A stretch of 64,000 bases of DNA. Source: Dendrobates tinctorius (Eukaryota). A program made the position numbers and the translations under genes. Of this stretch, positions 48,490-60,005 are shown piece by piece (the first letter of the stretch is position 1; each line of letters starts with the position of its first letter). Location: contig NW_027361743.1 of NCBI RefSeq assembly GCF_039654945.1, forward strand, positions 9,238,001 through 9,302,000. The letters are read 5' to 3'. The notes under the pieces are model-generated. The model did not search any database and was not told the origin of the DNA. It saw nothing but the letters and a program-made list of their open reading frames with translations.

Positions 48490-51070
48490 TGTAATGTAAT
48501 GTGTGTGCACAGTGACTTCACTAGAAGAATAGTGAGTGCAGCTCTGGGGTATAATACAGGATGTAACTCAGGACCAGTAATGTAATGTATGTACACAGTG
48601 ACTGCACCAGCAGAATAGTCAGTGCAGCTCTGGGGTATAATACAGGATGTAACTCAGGATCAGTAATGTAATGTATGTACACAGTGACTGCACCAGCAGA
48701 ATAGTGAGTGCAGCTCTGGAGTATAATACAGGATGTAACTCAGGATCAGTAATGTAATGTATGTACACAATGACTGCACCAGCAGAATAGTGAGTGCAGC
48801 TCTGGAGTATAATACAGGATGTAACTCATGATCAGTAATGTATGTACACAGTGACGGCACCAGCAGAATAGTGAGTGCAGCTCTGGAGTATAATACAGGA
48901 TGTAACTCAGGATCAGTAATGTAATGTATGTACACAGTGACTGCACCAGCAGAATAGTGAGTGCAGCTCTGGAGTATAATACAGGATGTAACTCAGGATC
49001 AGTAATGTAATGTATGTACACAGTGACTACACCAGCAGAATAGTGAGTGCAGCTCTGGAGTATAATACAGAATGTAACTCAGGACCAGTAATGTAATGGA
49101 GGTGCACAGTGACTGCACCAGCAGAATAGTGAGTGCAGCTCTGGAGTATAATACAGGATGTAACTCAGGACCAGTAATGTAATGGAGGTGTACAGTGACT
49201 GCACCAGCAGAATAGTGAGTGCAGCTCTGGGGTATAATACAGGATGTAACTCAGGATCAGTAATGTAATGTATGTACACAGTGACTACACCAGCAGAATA
49301 GTGAGTGCAGCTCTGGAGTATAATACAGGATGTAACTCAGGACCAGTAATGTAATGGAGGTGCACAGTGACTGCACCAGCAGAATAGTGAGTGCAGCTCT
49401 GGGGTATAATACAGGATGTAACTCAGGATCAGTAATGTAATGTATGTACACAGTGACTACACCAGCAGAATAGTGAGTGCAGCTCTGGAGTATAATACAG
49501 GATGTAACTCAGGACCAGTAATGTAATGGAGGTGCACAGTGACTGCACCAGCAGAATAGTGAGTGCAGCTCTGGGGTATAATACAGGATGTAACTCAGGA
49601 TCAGTAATGTATGTACACAGTGACTGCACCAGCAGAAGAGTGAGTGCAGCTCTGGGGTATAATACAGGATGTAACTCAGGATCAGTACAGGATCAGTAAT
49701 GTATGCACACAGTGACTGCACCAGCAGAATAGTGAGTGCAGCTCTGGAGTATAATACAGGATGTAACTCAGGATCAGTAATGTAATGGAGGTGCACAGTG
49801 ACTGCACCAGCAGAATAGTGAGTGCAGCTCTGGGGTATAATACAGGATGTAACTCAGGATCAGTAATGTAATGTATGTACACAGTGACTGCTCCAGCAGA
49901 ATAGTGAGCGCAGCTCTGGGGTATAATACAGGATGTAACTCAGGATCAGTAATGTAATGTATGTACACAGTGACTGCACCAGCAGAATAGTGAGTTCAGC
50001 TCTGGAGTATAATACAGGATGTACCAACTCAGGATCAGTAATGTAATGGAGGTGCACAGTGACTGCACCAGCAGAATAATGAGTGCAGTCCTGGACTATA
50101 ATACAGGATGTAACTCAGGATCAGTAATGTAATGTATGTACACACAGTGACTGCACCAGCAGAATAGTGAGTGCAGCTCTGGGGTATAATACAGGATGTA
50201 ACTCAGGATCAGAACAGGATCAGTAATGTAATGGAGGTGCACAGTGACTGCACCAGCAGAATAATGAGTGCAGCTCTAGACTATAATACAGGATGTAACT
50301 CAGGATCAGTAATGTAATGTATGTACACACAGTGACTGCACCAGCAGAATAGTGAGTGCAGCTCTGGGGTATAAAACAGGATGTAACTCAGGATCAGTAA
50401 TGTATGTGCACAGTGACTGCAACAGCAGAATAGTGAGCGCAGCTCTGGGGTATAATACAGGATGTAACTCAGGATCAGTAATGTAATGTATGTACACAGT
50501 GACTTCACCAGCAGAATAGTGAGTGCAGCTCTGGAGTATAATACAGGATGTAACTCGGGATCAGTAATGTATTGTATGTACACAGTGACTACACCAGCAG
50601 AATAGTGAGTGCAGCTCTGAAGTATAATACAGGATGTAACTCAGGATCAGAACAGGATCAGTAATGTAATGGACGTGCACAGTGACTGCACCAGCAGAAT
50701 ATTGAGTGCAGCTCTGGAGTATAATACAGCATGTAACTCGGGATCAGTAATGTATTGTATGTACACAGTGACTACACCAGCAGAATAGTGAGTGCAGCTC
50801 TGAAGTATAATACAGGATGTAACTCAGGATCAGAACAGGATCAGTAATGTAATGGACGTGCACAGTGACTGCACCAGCAGAATATTGAGTGCAGCTCTGG
50901 AGTATAATACAGCATGTAACTCGGGATCAGTAATGTATTGTATGTACACAGTGACTACACCAGCAGAATAGTGAGTGCAGCTCTGAAGTATAATACAGGA
51001 TGTAACTCAGGATCAGAACAGGATCAGTAATGTAATGGAGGTGCACAGTGACTGCACCAGCAGAATAGTC
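48490..51070. repeat. 86-bp tandem satellite array, ~30 copies
   Basis: Unit CAGTAATGTAATGTATGTACACAGTGACTGCACCAGCAGAATAGTGAGTGCAGCTCTGGAGTATAATACAGGATGTAACTCAGGAT. Confidence 0.97.
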
Positions 51071-51228
51071 AGTATCTTTTTTAATACATTTGCAAAAATT
51101 TCTACATTTCTGTTTTTTTCAGTCAAGATGGAGTGCAGAGTGTACATTAATGAGAAAAAAATGAACTTTTTTGAATTTACCAAATGGCTGCAATGAGACA
51201 AAGAGGGAAAAGTTTAAAGTGGTCTTAA

Positions 51229-51385
51229 AGGGAATCTGTCACCCTTTTTTTCGACTATGAGCTGCCGCCACAGACATCAGGAGCTTATCTACAGTATTAC
51301 AGAATGCATTACAGAATGCTGTAGATAAGCCCCTAATGTCTGTGGCGGCAGCTCATAGTCGAAAAAAAAGGGTGACAGATTCCCT
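51229..51385. mobile_element. Kolobok/T2-family palindromic MITE inserted in a Tc1 end (51071-51408)
   Basis: TTAA TSD; AGGGAATCTGTCACC...GGTGACAGATTCCCT; almost fully self-complementary. Confidence 0.88.
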
Positions 51386-52021
51386 TTAATGCTTTCCGTA
51401 TCCACTGTATTTCATTCAATGTTATCTTTGCTCTTTCTGTGCACTCAGGGGCAGTGGCCGTTCCAAATCAGCGATTGACGGTTTGCTCTTCACGCACATT
51501 TGCAAAAGGAAAACTGTCAATCACTGACTAGGACCACTAACTGCACCCTTATGCACACAAAGAGCACATATTTCATTGCATAAAATGCACATTATACTGA
51601 ATTTTTCCCCCACAAAACTATATATCAGTCTGTTCAGCTTCTATTACACAGTGCAGGCTGATTTTTATCATTACTGATTTTCCCTGTAACTGAGGCTGGA
51701 ATATTAGTCCTAGTCACAGGGCAAATTTATCTTCAAGTAGTCCTGGCTTTGTTAACTCCTCATCCGTCCCATCATGCAGTAAGCATATGATCCATGCCTG
51801 TGGCATTTCTGATACTATATGCACCGCGATCATTCAGCATTTTGTATACTGGTAGGCAGAGTCAGCAATAAATCTTCTCTGCCTTCTCTATGGGTTGTCC
51901 AGCTCTTTCTGACAGCCGACTTTCCTTTCCTGTAACTGCGTGATCTTGCATAGCTGCTTATATTTGAAAACATCCCTCACTGATGTGATATTGATGACCT
52001 AAGTTCTGGAAAACGCCTTTA

Positions 52022-52877
52022 GGCTATGTGCACACGTAGCGTTTTAAAACGCACACTAAAAACCGGACTCCTTCCCAGAAATCGCGCGTTTTTTTCCCCG
52101 CGCGATTTCACCGCGATTCTGTTCGCGATTTTGCCACGATTTTCTCAAGCGCTTTCCAAGCGATTTGAAGCATAGTGTTTGACAAGTGTGAGCAGCTTTT
52201 TACTATTGAGGCTGCCTATGCGGCATCAATAGTAAAAGATAAAATGTTAAAAATGATAAAAAAAATAAAAAATCGGGGTATATTTACCTTCCGACGTCCC
52301 GCGCTGCCATCCCGGGCCACAGCGTTCCCAGTAATGCCTTGCGAGACCTGTGATGACGTTGGTCTCGCGTTACTATAGCGATCTCACGAGACCGCTAGAG
52401 TCACGCGAGACTACGTCATCACATGGCCTTGCCGCAATGCATTACTGGGAACGCTTAGGTCGGGAATGCAGCGCGGGACATCGGAAGGTAAATATACCCC
52501 GATTTTTTATTCTTTTTTTTACAGGGGTACGGTACCCAGGGCCTGGAGGACAGTCTCCTCTCCTCCACACCGTGGGTACCAACCGCACATGAGACGCTTA
52601 ACTTTGCACATGGTAGGCATAGCCACAGTAAGCGATTCTCATGCATTCCTATAGGTGCGGAATCGCGGCAATTCTTTGCGATTCCGCACAAAAGAATGAG
52701 CATGCTGCGATTTTTTTCTGCGATGCGTTTCCGCCTCGGAAAAAAGCGCAGCATTAGTACAGCATGTGCGGAATACCATAGGAATGCATGGGGGGCGTTT
52801 TGTACACAATTTTTAAACGTTTTCGCACCGAAAATCGCGGCAAAAACGCTTAAAAATCGCATTGTGGGCACATAGCC
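52022..52877. mobile_element. Harbinger-type MITE
   Basis: GGCTATGTGCACAC...GTGGGCACATAGCC with TTA/TAA flanks; related to 22598-23372. Confidence 0.8.
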
Positions 52878-53187
52878 TAAAAGAAATGTTCCTGAAAAAA
52901 AAAACATATGATGGCTGGGAGTCTCCACCCATTTGGCAATGGGGACCCCAAATGGTAATGAGCAGGTGTTACCATTACTCCATTTACTGTCTATAAAAGT
53001 GGTGGTCGCACAAGCTCACTACTACTCCATTCACACCGGGGACTTAAGGTCCTCCTTTCCCAGAATTTGGCCCTCCAGCGATCATGTATTTATTATCTAT
53101 CTTTTGGCTAATGTTTCTTGCAAGACAACCCCTTTAAGTTCTGTATGTCTTGTTATCTTGTTGTTAAGCCTTGTTTTCCCTCCACAG

Positions 53188-53275
53188 GTTTCCATGGGTG
53201 AATTATCAGGATGACAATCTGAACATCTCTATTCCCACATTCAGTGTCCATGGGAATCATGATGATCCGACTGGG
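53188..53275 (+). CDS. MRE11: MRE11 coding exon 4 (motif III, HGNHD)
   Basis: ttccctccacag acceptor; (K)[29 protein letters not shown]; GTAATT donor; 88 nt. Confidence 0.97.
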
Positions 53276-53695
53276 GTAATTATCCTAATGTAACAATTTA
53301 TATATTGCCATAATTTGCATACTTTTCCCTATGGGGCATTGTCTATAAGTCTCCAAGAAAAATATTCAGAATTGAGAGTCCTCAGTGGTTGATACCTTGT
53401 AATGGCTAACTGAAAAGATGGTAACACATTGCAAACTTTCCAGACTACTCAGGTCTCTTCTTCAGGCTAGACTAATACAAAATCTGAAGTATTACATATG
53501 TATACACAAGACAGCACAGAAAATAATGCAATAGATGAGACAAGTGACGTGAAGCAGCAGAACTATCATTATGGGAGAGGGATAGACATAAATATTGGAA
53601 CAGTTCATAGATAAGGAGTGTGAAAGTTTTATTGTCCTCTGATTGGGGTCTGGTTCTGTGTTGTGATGCCCCCACAAAAGGTCTTGGGGGCAAAT

Positions 53696-54726
53696 TCTTT
53701 GGAATTTACTACCCAGGTTAATACAATTAAGGCCTCTTTCACACATCAGTTTTTTAGAATCAGTCGTAATCCGTCAAAGTGTGCAAAAAACGGATCCTGC
53801 GCAGATTGTAAAAAACTGATGCACCAGATTCCGTCGCAGTAGCCGCCGTAGGAATTTTAAAGGAACAGAAAGAGAGAGAGATTTTTTTTTTTTTTGTGGC
53901 AGAATGGCTGTCGGGGTAAAATTAAAGGAATCAAAATTATTCCGGGTATAATCAGTTGTAAAAAATGGAATCCGGCGATGGATCCTGCGCCCATAGGCTT
54001 CCATTGTAGCCAGCGACGGATGGCGCTGGATCCGTCGCTGTCCGACTTTTCGACGTACACAAAAAACGTTCCTATGTCCGTTGAATCCAGCTGACGGATA
54101 CAGAATTTCCAACGGATCCGTCAAAAGACGGATGAAACGTGGCCATCCGTCGCTAATACAAGTCCATGAGAAAAAAAACTGATCCAGCAAAATCAGTTGC
54201 TGGATCCCTTTTTTTTCACAAAGCGAAGGATTGTGACTGATGGTAAAAAACTGATGTGTGAAAGAGACCTAATCCCCAATCCCCACAGTTTTAAGCGTGC
54301 CCTAAAAATGCATTTGTTCAGACTGGCCTACCGCCTCAACGCATTAACCTAAATATTCCTTTGTGGCCCATTCAAATTTTTTACCATAACCAGGCTACTC
54401 GCATCATCTTCTCACACGCTTTATGCATTTAATAGCCCTCTGTGTCTGTACTGTTACATATTTAGACTGTTAACTGGTTCATGCAGCATTACAAGGACAC
54501 CCGATTCTTACACTGTGGCTGGTCCGAACAATAAAAGCAATTGTTACCATCCACCTTCCGTGTCTCCCCCTTTTTTTTATAGATTGTAAGCTTGCGAGCA
54601 GGGCCCTCATTCCTCTTGGTATCTGTTTTGATCTGTGTTTATTGTTATGCTGTAAGGTCTATTGTCTGTAGAAGTCCCCTCTCTAATATAAAGTGCTGCG
54701 GAGTATGTTGGCACTATAGAAATAAA

Positions 54727-54762
<36 letters not shown>
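53696..54762 (+). mobile_element. L2 3' fragment, itself interrupted by a Harbinger MITE (53731-54269, TAA TSD)
   Basis: Matches the 3' end of the L2 at 8885-9360; ends in a (TTA)n tail; MITE TIR GGCCTCTTTCACACATCAG. Confidence 0.85.
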
Positions 54763-54765
<3 letters not shown>

Positions 54766-55738
54766 AATAAATTTCTTAATTGATGTTAAAAGACATAAAT
54801 CCATGCAACACATTCATTCCTGTATAGAGTGTGTCAAAGGTTGTCATGAGTTTATACTCCCAGACGCTTCTGTCTCTCTAAGACTTGAAGTTACCTTTTA
54901 ATACAAGTAACTTCATGTCCATCATGCTATGACCGGGGATACAAAAATGTTTTGCTACAGGTAGATCCTTTCTTTCTTCTCTTATTGTGTGGCGGTGAGA
55001 ATTCATCGTCTTCTCAGTTTTTGCCCTGTCTCCCCTACATACAGACCCCCAGTTGGACATTTAGTACAAATAATTAAGTACACCACATTAGATGTGATGC
55101 AGCTGAAAGCACCTGGGATCTTGTAGTCCTGATGTGAGTTGGGGATCTTTATCGTGTCCGTGGTCATTATAAATGTGCAGGTTTTACATTTTTTCTGGTT
55201 GTGAGGAAAGGTTCCTGCAGCTGTTGGAAAGGACAAGGAGCTCCTGACAATGATGCTTCTTAGATTAGGGGGCTGCCTAAAACACAGCAGTGGGGGGGTC
55301 TGGAAATATGGATTGTAATCAGGCATCTTATTGTAGTAAAGGTTGTAATTTACATGCAGCTCCCCTTAGCACTTCCAGATTTGGATTGTAGGTGACCACT
55401 AGAGGCACTCGGTTATTTTCTTCTTTAGCTTTGTAATGTAGCAGGTGATTCCTTGACATTCTGGTGGCTTTTGTAATCTGGTTTTGAATTGTTCTTGGAT
55501 GGTAGCTCTGATTCAAAGAGGTCTTTCTGAATGTGTTGCATGGATTTAAGTCTTTTTAGATCAATTAAGGAATTTGCTCTTAAGACCTTGTGGGGGCATC
55601 ACAACACATTACCAGACCCCAATCAGAGGTCAATAAAACATTCACACTCCTTATCTATGAACTGTTCCAATATTTATGGCCATAACTGTCTATCACTCTC
55701 CCATAATGATAGTTCTGCTTCACGTCAGTTGTCTTATC

Positions 55739-56754
55739 ATAGAATCGTAGAGTTGGAAGGGACCTCCTGGGCCATCTGGTCCAACCCCCTGCTCAAAGCA
55801 GGATTCGCTAAATCATCCCAGACAGATGTCTGTCCAGCCTCTGTTTGAAGACTTCTTTTGAAGGAGAACTCACCACCTCTCGTGTCAGCCTGTTCCACTC
55901 ATTGATCACTCTGTCAAAAAGTTTTTTCTAATATCTAATCTGTCTCTCCTCCCATTCAGTTTCATCCTATTGCTTCTAGTCTTTCCTTGTGCAAATGAGA
56001 ATAAAGATGATCCTTCTACAATGTGACAGCCCTTGAGATATTTGTAGACAGCTATTAAGTCTCCTCTCAGTCTTCTCTTCTGCAAGCTAAACATTCCCAA
56101 ATCCTGCAACCGTTTCTCGTAGGACATGGTTTGCAGACCGGTCACCATTCTGGTTGCTCTTTTCTGAACTTGCTCCAGTTTGTTGATGTCTTTTTTAAAA
56201 CGTGGCGCCCAAAACTGGACACAGTATTCCAGATGAGGTCTGACCAAAGAGGAGTAGAGGGCAATAATGACTTCACGTGATCTAGACTGTATGCTTCTGT
56301 TAATACATCCTAGAATTGCATTTGCCTTTTTTGCTGTTGCATCACACTGTTGACTCATATTCAGTCTGTGATCTATTAGTATACCCAAGTCTTTTTCACA
56401 TGTGCTGTTGCTTAGCCCTATTCCTCCCATTCTGTATATGCGTCTTTCATTTTTATTGCCCAGATGTAGTACTTTGCATTTTTCCCTGTTAAAAACCATT
56501 CTGTTAGTTGCTGCCCACTGCTCCAGTTTATATACAGTATATCTTTTTGAATCCCCTCTCTCTCTTCTCTAGTATTAGCTATCCCTCCTAGCTTTGTGTC
56601 ATCAGCAAATTTAATCAGTTTACCCTAAATTCCTTCATCTAAATCACTGATAAAGATGTTGAACAATACAGGGCCCAGGACAGAGCCCTGTGGTACCCCA
56701 CTTGAGACATTTTTCCAACTGGATGTGCAGCCATTTATGACCACTTTTTGGGTT
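55739..56754 (-). mobile_element. 5'-truncated CR1 LINE (RT C-terminal ORF 55906-56499)
   Basis: [30 protein letters not shown] and RRLRGDLI motifs; short TTATC duplication at both ends. Confidence 0.92.
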
Positions 56755-56822
56755 TTATCTATAGCCTTATTTCTGTACTGTGTTGTGTATAAATATATGA
56801 TTCTTCAGTTTTTGTATTAGTC

Positions 56823-56863
56823 TAGCCTGATGAAGAGACCTGAGTGGTCTCGAAAGCTTGCAA
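56823..56863 (+). ncRNA. Hammerhead-like motif in the Penelope pseudo-LTR
   Basis: CUGAUGA-A-GAGACC-UGAGU-GGUCUC-GAAA-GCUU: intact core and stem II, weak stem I; decayed mirror copy at 53431-53469 (minus). Confidence 0.55.
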
Positions 56864-57334
56864 TGTGTTACCATCTTTTCAGTTAGCCATTAAAAGGTAT
56901 CAACCACTGAGGACTCTCAATTCTACATATTCTTCTATCTATTGGCTAACACTGTACAAAGATATACATCTTTCCTGTATAAGTCTCCCCACACCAGCTT
57001 CATCTTGTCTGTAAGAACCAGTACCTCACGCCACCTTTCTCAAGTTTCCTACTGTCTGCGGTGGAGGCCAAACCCTGGTTCGCCTTCTCCATCCAAGCCC
57101 TACTTTAAGTTTCACCATCCGCCAAAAATAGAGTGCATCAAACACCTTTGCCAGGTGCTGTTCACAGTCCCTTCTCCTTGGCTCTTCCAACCATGGCACA
57201 AATGTCTCCTATGGGTGATAATGACCTATATGCTCCCCGACAAAGGAGGACGGAGAAGTCACACTGTTTGATTGAAAGTTACTGTCACCATCACCGGCTC
57301 TATCAAGTTCCACCTCCATGTCATTTCTTCACAG

Positions 57335-57476
57335 GCGGATGGACTGTGTGCACTGGATTTACTCAGTTGTGCCGGACTGGTCAACCATTTTGGCCGTTCC
57401 ACATCTGTGGAGAAAATTGACATCAGCCCGATACTATTGCAGAAAGGCCGGACAAAGATAGCCATGTATGGACTAG
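57335..57476 (+). CDS. MRE11: MRE11 coding exon 5; the gene continues beyond the window
   Basis: tttcttcacag acceptor; [47 protein letters not shown](G); GTAAGT donor; 142 nt. Confidence 0.97.
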
Positions 57477-57933
57477 GTAAGTGCTAGACATTTAGCTAAT
57501 AAAAAATGGCACCACTTCCATTTCAAAAAAGTGAAAAAATAAATAAATTTATTCCAAACCCATGTACACGACGGTACGAACCGATGATGGTAATTTCTTC
57601 CATAATGCGAATAGTGACGTAATGACTGGATGTTCAGGAACAGGTCCCTGCTGGGATCTCTAGGGATGTGAATTTCCAGAGATTTAAAACTATCTATTAA
57701 TGGTACTGGGGGAGACTGGGTAGGCATGAATCTGTGGCACCCAAGAGGGGCACACAAGTGACGTTTACCCCATTTAATAGAGATACAAAGGGCACGGTTG
57801 TCGTGTACCCTTCTGTAATGAGCAGGAGGGGGAAGAAATAATATTAACCAGTAAGACCCAAACTCCATTGGATTCTCCACTGGTGTCGGCAAGACTACAA
57901 CAGTATAATCATAGATTGAGACTGGAAGGGTAC

Positions 57934-58668
57934 TGTGGTGTAATGACCACTGTGTCCACTAGGGGGCGCTGTGTGGATGTCCCAAGAGAGAGGATGAGTG
58001 ACAGAATACGGAGTGGCCGTGGTGTGTCTCAAAGTGGGTGGCTTTGAGATGAAGGCTTGGTTATATGCTGATCAGCAGAGCTGATTTTTCGTGCCTATGT
58101 GTTAGGGAGAAGCCTTCAGGCAGCTGGAGAGATGGGCGGGTTCTAGCTGCCCACAAACCCACCCAGGGGTGTGTCTGATAACACCTATAGTAAAAAGGGT
58201 ATGTGAGTAGGTGAAGGACCTGTGATGAAGTCATAGCCATGTGACCCAGTGGGCGTGGCTACGGACCATATAACGTAGCCAGGATAGGTCACAAGGGGTG
58301 AATGCTGGGGCCAGGTTGGTCCAGTTTGGAAGGTCCCGTGAGGAGAAGGATCTCCTCACTAACAGCCTGTGGAGCGGCTGGGCGTGTGCAAGGGCGATGT
58401 GTGCCTGAGAGCTCCCTGGAGGGAACTAACATAAAACGTCCTGATAAGCCGCATAAGGAACCCTGACGGGTGAGATAACACTGGGGCTGAATATCCTGTT
58501 TAATGGACGCTATGCTGGTGATATGAAGCTGTTGTACATTGCTGCTGTGGTTTATGAGGGTGAATAAACCGCATGGACTGCTATGTTTTTATGGAAAACC
58601 TGGTGCCGGATGTGTTTTGTTCTCTGCCAAGCGAGTGATCCCCTACTAGATGACAGCGCTACCTCACA
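57934..58668. mobile_element. Solo LTR (Gypsy-like), 735 bp
   Basis: TGTGG...CTCACA termini, 4-bp TSD GTAC (57930-33, 58669-72), AATAAA at ~58563. Confidence 0.85.
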
Positions 58669-60005
58669 GTACCTAAAGATGTAGGCATGTAAAAGGGGTA
58701 CTACAATATATAACTATTTATTACAAATTTCCATTGGAAGCTCATCAGGATTTACCCCTAGCCATATCTCAGATGGTCAAGCCAATCTCATCCGCAGTAA
58801 TGTCTGCGTCTTGGGAAGCGTGATTGGTCTCATCAGACATCGGGAATTGTAAATCTGCTAGGTACTGCGTAATATCAGATTCAGAACCATTAAAGGGAAT
58901 CCGTCACTAGGTTTTTGCCATCTAATCGGTAAGCAGCATCATGTGGATACAGAGACCCTGATTGCAGCGATGTGTCACTTACTGGCTGCTTTCTGTAGTT
59001 TTGATAAAATCAGTGCTATATCAGCAGGAGATTATCACTAGAGGACTAGTGAACCTGCTACCACGTAGTCCTCCATATTCATGAGCTCTGTGACACACTC
59101 TCCCAACGCTGATTGGCTGCTTTGCTTTCTGTGTATTCTGTTCATGGGCAGAAAGCTTCCAATCAGTGATGGGGCGGAGTTATACAGAGCTCAGCATTCA
59201 GAGCACTAGTTCATCTGCAGCAGCTAAAGCTGTGATTTTATTAAATGACAGAAAGCAGCTTAGTAAGTGAGTAATTGACACATCACGATCTCCTGGCCAG
59301 GGGAGAAAGCATAAGGCACTTATAATAATCGCATATACAGAAATGACAAAGCAGTGGCTCACATCTGCTACTTTCTGAGGTAACACACATTTCCCTGCTT
59401 TATCAGAGGAGTGAGTGTTTATCCGCATCTCCAGCCCTCTCTGAGAACAAATCAGTGAGATGCAAGCTCAGCGGCTTGGAGCCCCTAGCTCACTGGCATG
59501 TTTTATGATGAGCTCAGAGGACTGGAGATGCGATAGAAACACTCCTGTGATAAAACAGGGAAATGTGTTTCCTCAGAAAGTAACAGCTGTGAGCCCCTTC
59601 TGTGTCGTCTGTATACTCATTTATCATAAGTGACTTATCCTTCCCCCAATAGCCAGAAGATGTGGTATGTGTCGACCAATGAACTGGAGCAGCTCTACGT
59701 GGTTGGACACAGCAATTACACAGCACACAACAGGGGCATACAATTATCTTGGTACAGGTACATTTTTTAACACATCCAATTGTGAAACTTATTATTGTAA
59801 GATTTTTTTTTTTAAATGTACTTTGTTCATGGGACAACCCTTTTACTTTAAAATGCCCCATACAAATGACAGTCTAGGGCAAAGCTAACAGCTGCCCAAA
59901 GGAGAATTTCTCGAGGAGCTGATGGGGATGATGACATAGTAATTAGAGTTTATCTCTGAATATATGAAAATAAAACGTCCCTGCAGATCACCCTGGCCTC
60001 TTAAC

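Larger units (their letters stand above)
53355..56977 (-). mobile_element. Penelope-like (Neptune-type) retroelement, 5'-truncated with inverted pseudo-LTR; nested L2, MITE and CR1
   Basis: 11-bp TSD TATAAGTCTCC (53344-54, 56978-88); GIY-YIG remnant KKCKTC...NVVYLIICTKC..LYVGETG..VAKHF...H (54878-55516); the pLTR at 53355-53695 recurs inverted at 55531-55738 + 56755-56930. Confidence 0.9.

Noticed and set aside
48490-51070. Regular array resembling CRISPR, plus many repeated MYIHYITDPEL ORFs
   Set aside because: Units are contiguous with no unique spacers and there are no cas genes; the ORFs are translations of satellite DNA.
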